A DNA stretch of 64,000 bases from Candidatus Latescibacterota bacterium (GTDB lineage Bacteria > Latescibacterota > UBA2968): positions 118,127-182,126 of the forward strand of contig JAYODI010000001.1 of assembly GCA_038279365.1 (NCBI GenBank), written 5' to 3'. The notes under the pieces were generated by a model. That model saw only the letters and a program-made list of their open reading frames with translations. It was not told the DNA's origin and ran no database searches. Shown piece after piece: positions 36,798 through 46,297 of the stretch; within the stretch, counting starts at the first letter, position 1; every line of letters starts with the position of its first letter. The translations under genes and the position numbers were made by a program.

Positions 36798-36964
36798 GAA
36801 GCTGTTTTAAAATGTCGCTTTTAGGCCCAAGCACGAGCGAAATGGTCGTGAGCAAGGCGTGTGATGGAGGCCCATCTATTAATGATAGATGCGGTGATTA
36901 AGCCCAACGCTGCATACGGCCATTGCAGCCGCCCGACGCCAAAGTAGAGGTTTTAAACAGCTTC
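36798..36964. mobile_element. MITE (non-autonomous, IS5-like ends)
   Basis: Terminal inverted repeats gaagctgttttaaa / tttaaacagcttc flanked on both sides by TAA; about 167 bp with no ORF; internal hairpins. Confidence 0.75.
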
Positions 36965-36987
36965 TAAGGGGTGATTGCCATTGGGGG

Positions 36988-37554
36988 TTATGTGTCGCAA
37001 TCCTTGCGAGGCACTATTTCCATTCGACCTTCATTCGGTTTGATTTGGCCGAAATTCTTGAGGTAAAATTCTTGGCGTGAGAGTTTGGATTGATCGCGTT
37101 TGTTATAGAGTTCTTTGCGTGTATTGACGGCGTTGTCAAATGGCCAAGGTGTGTCGTGCCACCACACAACGCTGCCTCCAATGCCATTAAGCGCATCGGT
37201 AATGCGTTGGGCATGGTCGGCTAAGAGTTTTTGATTGAGGGCTTCTTCACGCGTGAAATAGCCAATATCGACCACTTCACTGGCTTGGGGGGTGAGAGCA
37301 CCTGAAATGGGTTTGGCGGCAAAGAGAATGTTGTGAATGGCTTGTTGGCCCCTTGAGCGACCATAAATGCCTACAAGAGAAGTGAGCTCAATGGTGAGCC
37401 CTGTCTCTTCTTTGGCTTCGCGTATGGCGGCTTGTGGAATGGATTCACCCATTTCTACAGCTCCACCAGGCAAACACCACACTTCAAAATCTTCGCGTTT
37501 GGTGAGTAGAATTTTGTTTTCTTTGATGATTGCGACACTGGTACCAAATGGCAT
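36988..37554 (-). CDS. NUDIX hydrolase
   Basis: LPGGAVEMGESIPQAAIREAKEETGL Nudix box. Confidence 0.92.
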   Translation of the reverse strand: MPFGTSVAIIKENKILLTKREDFEVWCLPGGAVEMGESIPQAAIREAKEETGLTIELTSLVGIYGRSRGQQAIHNILFAAKPISGALTPQASEVVDIGYFTREEALNQKLLADHAQRITDALNGIGGSVVWWHDTPWPFDNAVNTRKELYNKRDQSKLSRQEFYLKNFGQIKPNEGRMEIVPRKDCDT

Positions 37555-37631
37555 AGTAGCTCCCGAACAAAACAAATTCCCATTTGTTTATATGAAATGG
37601 GAATTTATCAATTTATAGCTATATTCACAAG

Positions 37632-39014
37632 CTATTTGGCCAAAAAGTGTGCATCTTGCTCTCTTCGCAGTGTCCAAACAACATTGTCTGTGGGTTCTTT
37701 AATATGGCTTACTTTTAACATCTCACCTTTGGCAACATCTTGTGTGAGGGTGTTGCCATTGGCCAAGTGGAAGGGAATGGGGTTGTTGGCATCAATGGGT
37801 TTTGATGGATGCATGAGATATTCAACATTTTTGCTGTGGTCGGTACCTATTTGATCCCCTGCTTTGAGGTTTTCTTTGGCACGAGCAACAATGTCGTAAT
37901 GGGGGTGGTAGTGGATGGCTGCTGTGGGTTGGTTGAGCAAACCTGCGACCAATGTGGTGATGGGGGTTTCAACGCCACACAAATGATAAGGTCGAAAGAT
38001 GAGTGCGGTGCTTTCTTTTTCGTTGGAAATAAGTCCTTTGGTTGTGAGTATGTGCCGAGAGTAGTCATTGTCACAAGACACAACAACAAAGACACCGCCT
38101 CCCAAACCTGCTTCATAAGGACGACGCAGACAGGATACGCTGTCTATGACACCGCGATGAGATAAGATGCCACCGTCTTCTTTGGGGGCCAGCACTTGTG
38201 GTATTTCAGGTATGCTCACAATGGGGGCGTGTAAGGTTTCTATGTCGGGTTTTAAACCTGTGGCATTTGCCGCAATGGCCATTTCGGTAAGGTCAAAACC
38301 TGCAATGGCCCCCAAGTCACCGACCACTTCACGGCGTTTGGAAACAAGCTGAGAGGCGCGTTCGGGTGTTTTGGCACTGAATAAGTCTTGATGTTCTGCC
38401 GAAAGCTGTAAGGTGTTTCGCCCCCAACGTATGAGGTGTGTGTCGGGGTCATAAATGTGATCGGATTCGAGGGCTTTGCCACCTGAAAGGACTTCAAGGC
38501 CCAAGTCGCGTGCCCATTGAACCAATGCAATCAACAACCCGTGTTGGTCGCCATCTACGGCACTGTAGGTTAAGCCTGCTTGAGCGGCATGATATTTGAG
38601 AATGGGGCCTACCAAAACGTCCGTTTCTTTAGAAACCATGGCCACGTGTTTGCCGTGACGAATGGATTCAAGTGCATGTTTGGCACCGGCGTTGGGGTTG
38701 CCCGTTGATTCGACAATGACGTCGAGCGGCAACCCCATCATGAGCATCGCATCGGTGAGAATGACATGCTTGCCATTTTTTATGGCATCCAATGCTTGTT
38801 GGGTGGTATCACAAATAGCGGTTTTGTCTGAATCTAATCCAGCCTGATCATAAGCTTTTTGTGCGGCATCGGGGTTGACATCGCATACAACGGGTACGTT
38901 GAGTTGGTGGATGACTTGCGACTGGGTGATGATGGCGGTGGCAAAGTGACCGGTACCAATAACACCCACACGTACGGTGCGATCAATTTGAGAAAAGAGC
39001 TGGTGGTAGATCAT
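37632..39014 (-). CDS. NAD(P)-dependent oxidoreductase (homoserine dehydrogenase-like) with C-terminal SAF domain
   Basis: VGVIGTGHFA, ESTG, KETD, DGDQHG, EMAIAANATG, RPYHLCGVE, SAF-type AKENLKAG...DVAKGE. Confidence 0.85.
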   Translation of the reverse strand: MIYHQLFSQIDRTVRVGVIGTGHFATAIITQSQVIHQLNVPVVCDVNPDAAQKAYDQAGLDSDKTAICDTTQQALDAIKNGKHVILTDAMLMMGLPLDVIVESTGNPNAGAKHALESIRHGKHVAMVSKETDVLVGPILKYHAAQAGLTYSAVDGDQHGLLIALVQWARDLGLEVLSGGKALESDHIYDPDTHLIRWGRNTLQLSAEHQDLFSAKTPERASQLVSKRREVVGDLGAIAGFDLTEMAIAANATGLKPDIETLHAPIVSIPEIPQVLAPKEDGGILSHRGVIDSVSCLRRPYEAGLGGGVFVVVSCDNDYSRHILTTKGLISNEKESTALIFRPYHLCGVETPITTLVAGLLNQPTAAIHYHPHYDIVARAKENLKAGDQIGTDHSKNVEYLMHPSKPIDANNPIPFHLANGNTLTQDVAKGEMLKVSHIKEPTDNVVWTLRREQDAHFLAK

Positions 39015-39112
39015 AACAAACCTCGTAATATGTGGTGTGAAACGATTTGTCAAAACAAAAGACGCACGTTTTGGGGGAGAAGATGCGTCTTCGTCTTTAT
39101 TATTGCTGTTGC

Positions 39113-39718
39113 TTAGATGATGTTGTGTTCTTCTAAGTAAGCAATGATTTTGATTGCAGCTTCTTGGGGGGTGTATTCATCGGTTTTAATCACCAACTCG
39201 GGGTTTTCGGGTGCTTCATAAGGAGCAGAAATGCCTGTGAAGTCGGGTATTTCCCCTGCGCGCGCTTTTTTATACAATCCCTTGGGGTCGCGTTCTTCGC
39301 ACTTTTCTAAAGGGGTATCGACGAAGATTTCGACAAAGTCACCTTCTCCCATGAGTGCGCGCACACCATCGCGATCTGCGCGATAGGGGCTTACAAAGCT
39401 GGATAGGGTGATGATACCTGCATCTGTAAAGAGCTTGCCCACTTCGCCAATACGTCGAATGTTTTCTGCGCGGTCTTCGGCCGAAAAACCGAGGTTTTTG
39501 TTGAGGCCATGACGAATATTGTCTCCATCGAGCACATAGGCCAAACGACCCTGGGCAATAAGCGCGTGTTCGACAGTAAATGCAATGGTGCTTTTGCCAG
39601 ATCCGGATAAACCTGTAAACCAAATATGTGCGCCTTTCTGCTTGAGCAATGCTTCGCGCTTTTTGCGGTCTACATGACCTTCGTGCCACACGATGTTGGT
39701 GGCTTTTTCTTTTGCCAA
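39113..39718 (-). CDS. cysC: Adenylyl-sulfate kinase
   Basis: [56 protein letters not shown] start at 39718 behind an AGGAGG RBS. Confidence 0.95.
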   Translation of the reverse strand: MAKEKATNIVWHEGHVDRKKREALLKQKGAHIWFTGLSGSGKSTIAFTVEHALIAQGRLAYVLDGDNIRHGLNKNLGFSAEDRAENIRRIGEVGKLFTDAGIITLSSFVSPYRADRDGVRALMGEGDFVEIFVDTPLEKCEERDPKGLYKKARAGEIPDFTGISAPYEAPENPELVIKTDEYTPQEAAIKIIAYLEEHNII

Positions 39719-40017
39719 GAAGGGCCTCCTCTGGCGTTTTTTTCTTGAATGGTTGGTGGTCATCTACTTGAAAGCAAATCAAGATATTTGAATTTAAACA
39801 CCTATTAAGATACCAAATTTCTGTATAAAAATGATCAACTTTACATTTTTTTGTTATAAATCATTGTTTTTTTATTTTCTTATTACAGTCTTTTAAGAGG
39901 AGGTGAGCCAGGTGTCAGCTGCTGAAGCTTTTGGGCAGTGGCAAATGTGCTGGGGGCGAAATGAGATGGGTGTATGAGATCGTTTTCGGGTGCCGTTTGT
40001 GGTGGTAATATGTGTGC

Positions 40018-40773
40018 TTATATCATCAAGTCTCCACCATTAATGTCGAGTGATGCACCCGTGATATAAGCCGCTTTGTCTGAACAAAGGAAGGCCACCA
40101 GGTCGGCCACTTCTTCGGGTTTGCCAAGGCGCGAAATGGGAAAGCTGTTGGCGTAGGCTTGTTGGCGATCTGGGGCTATGGTGTTGCGCACCATGTCGGT
40201 ATCAATGAGGCCAGGGCATACGGCATTGACGGTGATGTTGTGTGTGGCCACTTCTTTGGCGAGGTGTCGCGTGAAGCCGAGAATACCTGCTTTGGCGGCG
40301 GTATAGTGTGCACCGCCCACAGTGCTGATGTTTTTGCCAGCTGTGGATGAAAAGTTGACGATGCGCCCCCAGTTGTTTTTTTGAAGTGTGGGCAATACGG
40401 CTTGTGAACAGAGAAAGGTGCCTTTGAGATTGACGTCGATTACGCGATCCCACTCATCTTCAGGGATGTCGATGACTTTGGTGGGGTAGAGAATACCTGC
40501 ATTGTTGATGAGGATGTGGAGGGTGCCAAAATGCCCCATTGTTTTTTGGATCATATGTTGGACATCGTTTTTTTGGGTGACATCGGCTGGTACAGCAATG
40601 GCGTTGAAACCTAATTTTTGGAGTTCTGATACGGTTTCTTCTGCGGCGTCTTTGTTGCGGTCGTTGATCGCTATTTGGGCACCTTGCTGGGCAAGTGTGA
40701 AGGCAACGGCTTTGCCCATGCCTTGACCAGCGCCCGTGATAAGGGCGATTTTTTGTTCAAAAATAAAACTCAT
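40018..40773 (-). CDS. SDR family oxidoreductase (FabG-like)
   Basis: TGAGQGMG, NNAG, YTAAK, NAVCPG, INGG. Confidence 0.92.
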   Translation of the reverse strand: MSFIFEQKIALITGAGQGMGKAVAFTLAQQGAQIAINDRNKDAAEETVSELQKLGFNAIAVPADVTQKNDVQHMIQKTMGHFGTLHILINNAGILYPTKVIDIPEDEWDRVIDVNLKGTFLCSQAVLPTLQKNNWGRIVNFSSTAGKNISTVGGAHYTAAKAGILGFTRHLAKEVATHNITVNAVCPGLIDTDMVRNTIAPDRQQAYANSFPISRLGKPEEVADLVAFLCSDKAAYITGASLDINGGDLMI

Positions 40774-40795
40774 GAGTCACTCTCAATTTAAAATG

Positions 40796-41983
40796 TTATA
40801 TCACACCGACAGCTTTGCCAGTTTCTTCAAAAACGGCAATGGCTTTGTCGAGCTGGGTTTGTGTGTGTGCGGCTGAAATTTGTACGCGAATGCGAGCTTC
40901 TCCCTTGGGCACAACGGGATAACTGAATCCTACGGCGAAAATACCGCGTTCATTGATCATTTTGGCCATGGTGACAGTGCGCTTTTCATCGCCCAACATA
41001 ATGGGTACAATGGGGTGAATGCCCGCCTTAATTTGGAAGCCACGCAATGTCATCTGCTCGCGAAAGTAATGGGTGTTCGCAAAGAGTGTTTTGCGCAAGT
41101 GTGGATTTTGTTGTACCAGTTCGAGGGCTTTGATGGATGCGGCGGTAATGGGTGGTGCGAGGGTGTTGGAGAAGAGATATGGACGTGACCGTTGGCGTAG
41201 AAAATCGATGATTTCTTGCCGCCCTGTGGTAAAACCACCCGATGCGCCACCGAGTGCTTTGCCCAAGGTGCTGGTGAGGATGTCGATGCGGTCTAAAACG
41301 CCAAAGTGTTCGGGGGTGCCGCGTCCATTGGGGCCGAGAAACCCTGTGGCATGAGAATCGTCCACCATGACCAGTGCATCGTATTGTTCTGCAAGGTCAC
41401 AAACTTTGTCGAGTGGCGCCAAATCACCATGCATGCTGAAGACACCATCTGTGGCAATCATGCGAAAACGCGTTGAAGTTGCTTTTTGGAGTTGGGTTTC
41501 AAGGTCGGCCATGTCATCGTATTTGTACACAAAACGTTGGGCTTTGCACAAGCGCACACCGTCAATAATGCTGGCGTGGTTGAGAGATGCGCTGATGATG
41601 GCATCTTCGGAGCTCAGCAAGGTCTCAAACAACCCGCCATTGGCATCAAAACAGGAAGAGTAGAGAATGGTGTCGTCTGTGCTCAAGAAGTCGGCAATTT
41701 TGCGCTCTAAGTTTTTGTGAAGCTGTTGGGTGCCACAGATGAAGCGTACTGAGGCCATACCGTAGCCATGTGTGTTGAGGGCATCGTGTGCGGCGGCGAC
41801 AATATCTGGATGATTGGCAAGCCCAAGATAATTGTTGGCGCAAAAGTTGATGGTGTTGCCACTTGTTGTAGAAATATCCGAACCTTGAGGCGTTGTGATT
41901 TGTTGCTCTACTTTGAGCAGGCCATTATCCGTAATGGTTTGTAATTCTTTTTGTAAGTGTTTTTGCATGTTGCTATAGGCCAT
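40796..41983 (-). CDS. kbl: Glycine C-acetyltransferase (2-amino-3-ketobutyrate CoA ligase)
   Basis: [60 protein letters not shown]. Confidence 0.93.
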   Translation of the reverse strand: MAYSNMQKHLQKELQTITDNGLLKVEQQITTPQGSDISTTSGNTINFCANNYLGLANHPDIVAAAHDALNTHGYGMASVRFICGTQQLHKNLERKIADFLSTDDTILYSSCFDANGGLFETLLSSEDAIISASLNHASIIDGVRLCKAQRFVYKYDDMADLETQLQKATSTRFRMIATDGVFSMHGDLAPLDKVCDLAEQYDALVMVDDSHATGFLGPNGRGTPEHFGVLDRIDILTSTLGKALGGASGGFTTGRQEIIDFLRQRSRPYLFSNTLAPPITAASIKALELVQQNPHLRKTLFANTHYFREQMTLRGFQIKAGIHPIVPIMLGDEKRTVTMAKMINERGIFAVGFSYPVVPKGEARIRVQISAAHTQTQLDKAIAVFEETGKAVGVI

Positions 41984-42110
41984 GGTGATGCTCCAAATGT
42001 GAAGTGCTAAAAATTCAGGTGGTGGATGCAAAATAGGGGATGGTTTGAAGGAACGCAAGCAGGTTTCGGGCTTTGACCTTGACAGGGGGTAGGGTGATTC
42101 CGATATTCGA

Positions 42111-42130
42111 TCACGTTATATTTAACGTGA
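42111..42130. promoter_or_regulatory. Perfect palindrome, candidate transcription-factor operator
   Basis: TCACGTTA-TATT-TAACGTGA in a divergent intergenic region, just after a TTGACA-N17-GATATT candidate promoter. Confidence 0.45.
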
Positions 42131-42258
42131 GATGGTTCTGTCTTTAAAAGAAAATTCAAAATGTTTTTTTATAGGTATAAAATTGGCAGCCTGATATCGT
42201 GTTATCGCGGTGTGAAAACTGTATATACGAAGTTGGGGTGTTTTGGGAAGGTTTGTGT

Positions 42259-43296
42259 ATGAATCGGCGTGATTTTGTCAAAAGGGCAGCTATGGTGACG
42301 GGGGCGATGATGGTGTCACCTTCTGTATTTGCAGATGCGGAGATGGATATGACCGGAAAAATTATGACGGCCACGGGGGCAATTGATCCTAAAAAAATGG
42401 GCTTTGTGCTGACACATGAACATATTTTGGTGGACTTCATTGGCGCCGATGAGGTAAGCAAAGACCGCTATGATGAAGATGAAGCTTTTCATGTCATTTT
42501 GCCCTATTTGGAACAGGCCAAAAAATTGGGCTGCCAGACATTTGTGGAGTGTACCCCTTCGTATATTGGAAAAGATGCGGCATTGGTACAGCGGTTGTCA
42601 CGGGCAACGGGCCTGTATATGCTTACCAACACAGGGTATTATGGTGCGGCAAATGATAAGTATGTGCCTGCACACGCTTATGAAGAAACCGAAGATGAAT
42701 TATCTGATCGATGGGTAATGGAATGGGAAGAGGGCATTGAAGGCACCGATGTGCGCCCTGGGTTTATTAAGATAGGTGTGGATCGAGAATCTTTGTCGGA
42801 AATTGATGAAAAGCTGGTGCGTGCGGCGGCCAGAACCCATTTGCGAACAGGTTTAACGATTATGTCGCACACGGGATATGGCATACCCGCCCACGAAGAA
42901 ATTGCCGTATTAAAAGAAGAAGGTGTGGATGCGCGTGCTTGGATTTGGACACATGCCCAAAATGAACAGGACAATGAACTGCACAAAAAAGCCGCCCAGG
43001 CGGGTGCTTGGATTGCATTTGATGGCGTGAATGCAAACGAGAAACGTTTGGCACGTGATGTGACCCATTTGAAAGCGATGAAGCAATATGGTTTGTTGGA
43101 TCACGTTTTGTTGTCTCACGATGCGGGATGGTATCGCCCTGGCGAACCCAACGGGGGCAATTTTCGGCCATTTGTTGATTTGTTTGAGACGGTTTTGCCG
43201 GCATTAAAAAAGAACGGTTTTACACAAAAAGAAATTGATTTGATGACATTGGAAAATCCACAGCGTGCATTTGCAATTGGTGTGAGGGAGATTTAG
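42259..43296 (+). CDS. Phosphotriesterase-related (PTE/PHP) amidohydrolase with Tat signal peptide
   Basis: MNRRDFVK twin-Arg signal; THEH, GFIKIG (carboxy-Lys), SHTG, THA, SHDAG. Confidence 0.9.
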   Translation: MNRRDFVKRAAMVTGAMMVSPSVFADAEMDMTGKIMTATGAIDPKKMGFVLTHEHILVDFIGADEVSKDRYDEDEAFHVILPYLEQAKKLGCQTFVECTPSYIGKDAALVQRLSRATGLYMLTNTGYYGAANDKYVPAHAYEETEDELSDRWVMEWEEGIEGTDVRPGFIKIGVDRESLSEIDEKLVRAAARTHLRTGLTIMSHTGYGIPAHEEIAVLKEEGVDARAWIWTHAQNEQDNELHKKAAQAGAWIAFDGVNANEKRLARDVTHLKAMKQYGLLDHVLLSHDAGWYRPGEPNGGNFRPFVDLFETVLPALKKNGFTQKEIDLMTLENPQRAFAIGVREI

Positions 43297-43297
43297 T

Positions 43298-44461
43298 ATG
43301 GCAGATCGAAAAAAGATTGCGGCAATTGTCACGGCCTATTATCCACGCTCACATGCAGATGTGGTGGTCACCAAGTTTTTAAAAGGTTTTCCTACAGACG
43401 AGGGATTGTTACCCCCCGAAGTGGATATTGTGTCCATGTATTTGGATCAGGTTCACGAGCGTGATATTGGGCGTGAAACAGCCAAAGATTTTGGTGTGCC
43501 CATTTATGAGAGTATTCCCCAAGCGTTGACATTGGGGGGGAAAGAATTGGCCGTAGATGGGGTGCTTATTATTGGTGAACACGGTGATTATGCTTGGAAT
43601 GAAAAAGAGCAACATTTGTATCCGCGCAAGTTTTTCTTTGAGCAGGTGTGTGGTGTGTTTGCAACATCGGGGCGCTCTGTGCCCGTGTTCACTGACAAGC
43701 ATTTGTCGTATAATTGGCCTGACGCAAAATGGATGTACGATCGTGCAAAAGCATTGCAGGTGCCCTTTATGGCTGGGTCGTCTGTGCCTTTGGCCTGGCG
43801 CAAACCTTGGATTGAATACGATTTGGGCGTTGAAATAGACGAGGCTTTGTCAGTGTCTTATGGCGGTTTGGATTCGTATGGGTTTCATGCTTTGGAAGCT
43901 TTGCAGTGTATGGTTGAACGTCGAAGAGGTGATGAGACGGGCATTGTTGCAGTGCAATGTTTAGAAGGCGATGCTGTGTGGGCGTCTGATGGGTGGGATC
44001 GCGCCCTTTTTGATGCAGCTATTAAACATGTGGAAACAAAAGAAGATGGAGACGTTAATACACGGTGTGAAAATCCGGCATTGTTTGTCATGGAATATGC
44101 CGATGGTCTTAAAACATCTACGCTGATGTTAAATGGGTTTATGAAAGGTTGGGGGTATGCGGCAAAACGCAATGGGAAAGTGGAAGGCATGCGTATTCTT
44201 TTGCCCGATAATCCGCATAGCCATTTTAGTTATTTGAGTTTAAATATTCAGCACATGTTTTTGACTGGCAAACCCCAATATCCTGTCGAGCGAACATTGT
44301 TGATTACAGGTGCCTTAGAAGCGCTTCTGGATTCTCGTTATCAGGGCCATGTGCGTATCGAGACGCCACATTTGAATATTGCCTATCGGTCTTATGACAC
44401 CCTGCCCATACGGTCTCAAAATGAAGATCCTGTTGGTGCAAGTTTGGTACCCTTTCATTAA
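43298..44461 (+). CDS. Conserved hypothetical oxidoreductase-like protein (Gfo/Idh/MocA-related fold, tentative)
   Basis: SHAD, IGEHGDY, DKHLS, AGSS, YGFHALE, YPVERTLL; long ORF in operon. Confidence 0.7.
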   Translation: MADRKKIAAIVTAYYPRSHADVVVTKFLKGFPTDEGLLPPEVDIVSMYLDQVHERDIGRETAKDFGVPIYESIPQALTLGGKELAVDGVLIIGEHGDYAWNEKEQHLYPRKFFFEQVCGVFATSGRSVPVFTDKHLSYNWPDAKWMYDRAKALQVPFMAGSSVPLAWRKPWIEYDLGVEIDEALSVSYGGLDSYGFHALEALQCMVERRRGDETGIVAVQCLEGDAVWASDGWDRALFDAAIKHVETKEDGDVNTRCENPALFVMEYADGLKTSTLMLNGFMKGWGYAAKRNGKVEGMRILLPDNPHSHFSYLSLNIQHMFLTGKPQYPVERTLLITGALEALLDSRYQGHVRIETPHLNIAYRSYDTLPIRSQNEDPVGASLVPFH

Positions 44462-44485
44462 AATTCAATATAGGTATTGTGATAT

Positions 44486-44827
44486 ATGCTTGACTGTGTC
44501 GAGAACCCAGAAAAAGAACGGTCTTATACGATTGAATTTGAGACATCGGAATTTACCGCATTGTATGCAAAGACGGGGCAACCCATTTTTGCGACACTTG
44601 AAATTTCGTATATACCACAAGACAAATGTCTTGAACAAATGTCATTGAAGCAATTTTTAAAATCTTTTCGAGATGAAAAAGTGTATTACGAAGGTGTGAT
44701 CAATCAGATATTAGATGCTTTGATCGCTGCTTGTGACCCCGTAGAGTTAAAGGTGGTTGGGCATTTTACGGTAAGAGGAGGTATTACAACAAAGGTGACT
44801 GCAGGCTATGTGGGAGGGGTGCGATGA
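44486..44827 (+). CDS. QueF-like T-fold protein lacking the catalytic Cys/Asp
   Basis: Aligns with the neighbour: EFTALYAKTGQPIFA (C->Y, D->I), EQMSLKQF, YYE, VRGG. Confidence 0.75.
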   Translation: MLDCVENPEKERSYTIEFETSEFTALYAKTGQPIFATLEISYIPQDKCLEQMSLKQFLKSFRDEKVYYEGVINQILDALIAACDPVELKVVGHFTVRGGITTKVTAGYVGGVR

Positions 44828-45177
44828 GCCGTGCGAGAGATTTGCTGGAAGCGTTTGAAAATCCAAATCCTGAACGATCGTATACCATAGAATTTACCTA
44901 TCCTGAGTTTACGTCGCTGTGTCCCAAAACTGGTGAACCCGATTTTGCAACCATTGTGATTCGATATATTCCTGGCCCGCGGTGTGTCGAATTACGATCT
45001 TTGAAGCATTATTATTGGTCTTATCGCAATCAGGGCATTTATATGGAGCCTGTGACCAATCAGATTTTGGATGATTTGGTTGCTGTGTGTGATCCTGTGG
45101 AAATGACGGTGATCAGTCGGTTTAATATTCGCGGTGCTGTGGATCATGAAATTACGGCATCGTATCAAAAAGGATAA
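44824..45177 (+). CDS. queF: NADPH-dependent preQ0 reductase (unimodular)
   Basis: EFTSLCPKTGEPDFA, ELRSLKHY, R.G motif; ATGA overlap. Confidence 0.85.
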   Translation: MSRARDLLEAFENPNPERSYTIEFTYPEFTSLCPKTGEPDFATIVIRYIPGPRCVELRSLKHYYWSYRNQGIYMEPVTNQILDDLVAVCDPVEMTVISRFNIRGAVDHEITASYQKG

Positions 45178-45247
45178 ATTTGTTACAGGTCTCAGGGCAG
45201 TGACTTGTGACGTGCAGACCTGTGACTGTTTTTCATAAGAGGGATAT

Positions 45248-46297
45248 ATGAAACTTTTAAAAGAGTTGTGTGAATGTTCGGGCATTCCGGGGCGTGAGGA
45301 TCGTTTGCGTAAGGTGGTGGGGCGTGAGTTGAAAGCTTTAGCAGACGATATGCGTGTGGATGGTTTGGGTAATTTGATTGTGAAAAAGGGCGCAAGCAAA
45401 GGGAAAAAACCTAAAAAGCTGATGTTGGCGGCACACATGGATGAAATCGGTTTTGTGGTGTCACATATTGACAATAAGGGGTTGTTGCGTTTGGTGCCTA
45501 TGGGTGGGCATGATCCGCGCAATATGGTTTCTCAGCGCGTGACGGTTGCTGGTATCAAAAAAGATTTTACGGGTTTGATGTATCCTGGGGTCAAACCACC
45601 TCATATTCAAACCGATGCAGAGCGCAATAAATCGTTGAGTATTGGCGATTTTTTTGTGGATTTGTATATGCCCGTAGAGCAGGTAAAAAAAGAAATTGAG
45701 TTGGGAGCGATGGTCACTTTGCAGCGCGATTTTGCCGAAATTGGTGAGGGTGTAAGTTGTAAAGCGATGGATGATCGCTTGGCTGTTTATGTGATGATTG
45801 AAGCGATGAAGATGGCCAAATCGTTTGCTTTTGAGACTTATGCGGTAGCAACCGTGCAAGAAGAAATTGGTTTGCGAGGTGCCGTGTCCAGTGCATATGG
45901 TGTGGACCCTGATGTGGGGGTGGCATTGGATGTGACTTTGGCGGCAGACATTCCAGGTGTGCCAGAACATGAATATGTGACGCAGTTGGGCAATGGCACT
46001 GCGATCAAGATTCAAGATTCAAGCACCATATCCCATCCTGGTTTGGTGGCTCACATGAAGGCTTTGGCCACACGTCGTAAAATTCCTTTTCAGATGGAGA
46101 TTTTGCCGCGAGGTGGCACAGATGCAGGGGGTATTCAACGGGCGCGTGCTGGGGTGCCAGTAATTACGCTTTCGATTCCCACGCGATATGTGCATACCTC
46201 TATTGAGTTGGCAGATAAAAAAGATATTCAGGCAACCATTAAATTGTTGGCCGCATTTTTGGAAGATGGGCACCGAGCAGATATGGATTTGGTATGA
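45248..46297 (+). CDS. M42 family metallo-aminopeptidase
   Basis: AAHMDEIG, KAMDDR, TVQEEIGLRGA, LDV, GGTDA, PTRYVHT. Confidence 0.93.
   Translation: MKLLKELCECSGIPGREDRLRKVVGRELKALADDMRVDGLGNLIVKKGASKGKKPKKLMLAAHMDEIGFVVSHIDNKGLLRLVPMGGHDPRNMVSQRVTVAGIKKDFTGLMYPGVKPPHIQTDAERNKSLSIGDFFVDLYMPVEQVKKEIELGAMVTLQRDFAEIGEGVSCKAMDDRLAVYVMIEAMKMAKSFAFETYAVATVQEEIGLRGAVSSAYGVDPDVGVALDVTLAADIPGVPEHEYVTQLGNGTAIKIQDSSTISHPGLVAHMKALATRRKIPFQMEILPRGGTDAGGIQRARAGVPVITLSIPTRYVHTSIELADKKDIQATIKLLAAFLEDGHRADMDLV

Noticed and set aside
31292-39718. Coenzyme M/sulfolactate pathway (ComC-like Ldh_2, ComB-like phosphatase, cysC)
   Set aside because: The genes lie in separate transcription units on different strands, no comA/comDE is present, and these families are broad
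39896-39977. AGGAGGT followed by a GTG-initiated 21-codon ORF (MSAAEAFGQWQMCWGRNEMGV)
   Set aside because: Antisense to both flanking genes, with no supporting motif or terminator; may be chance
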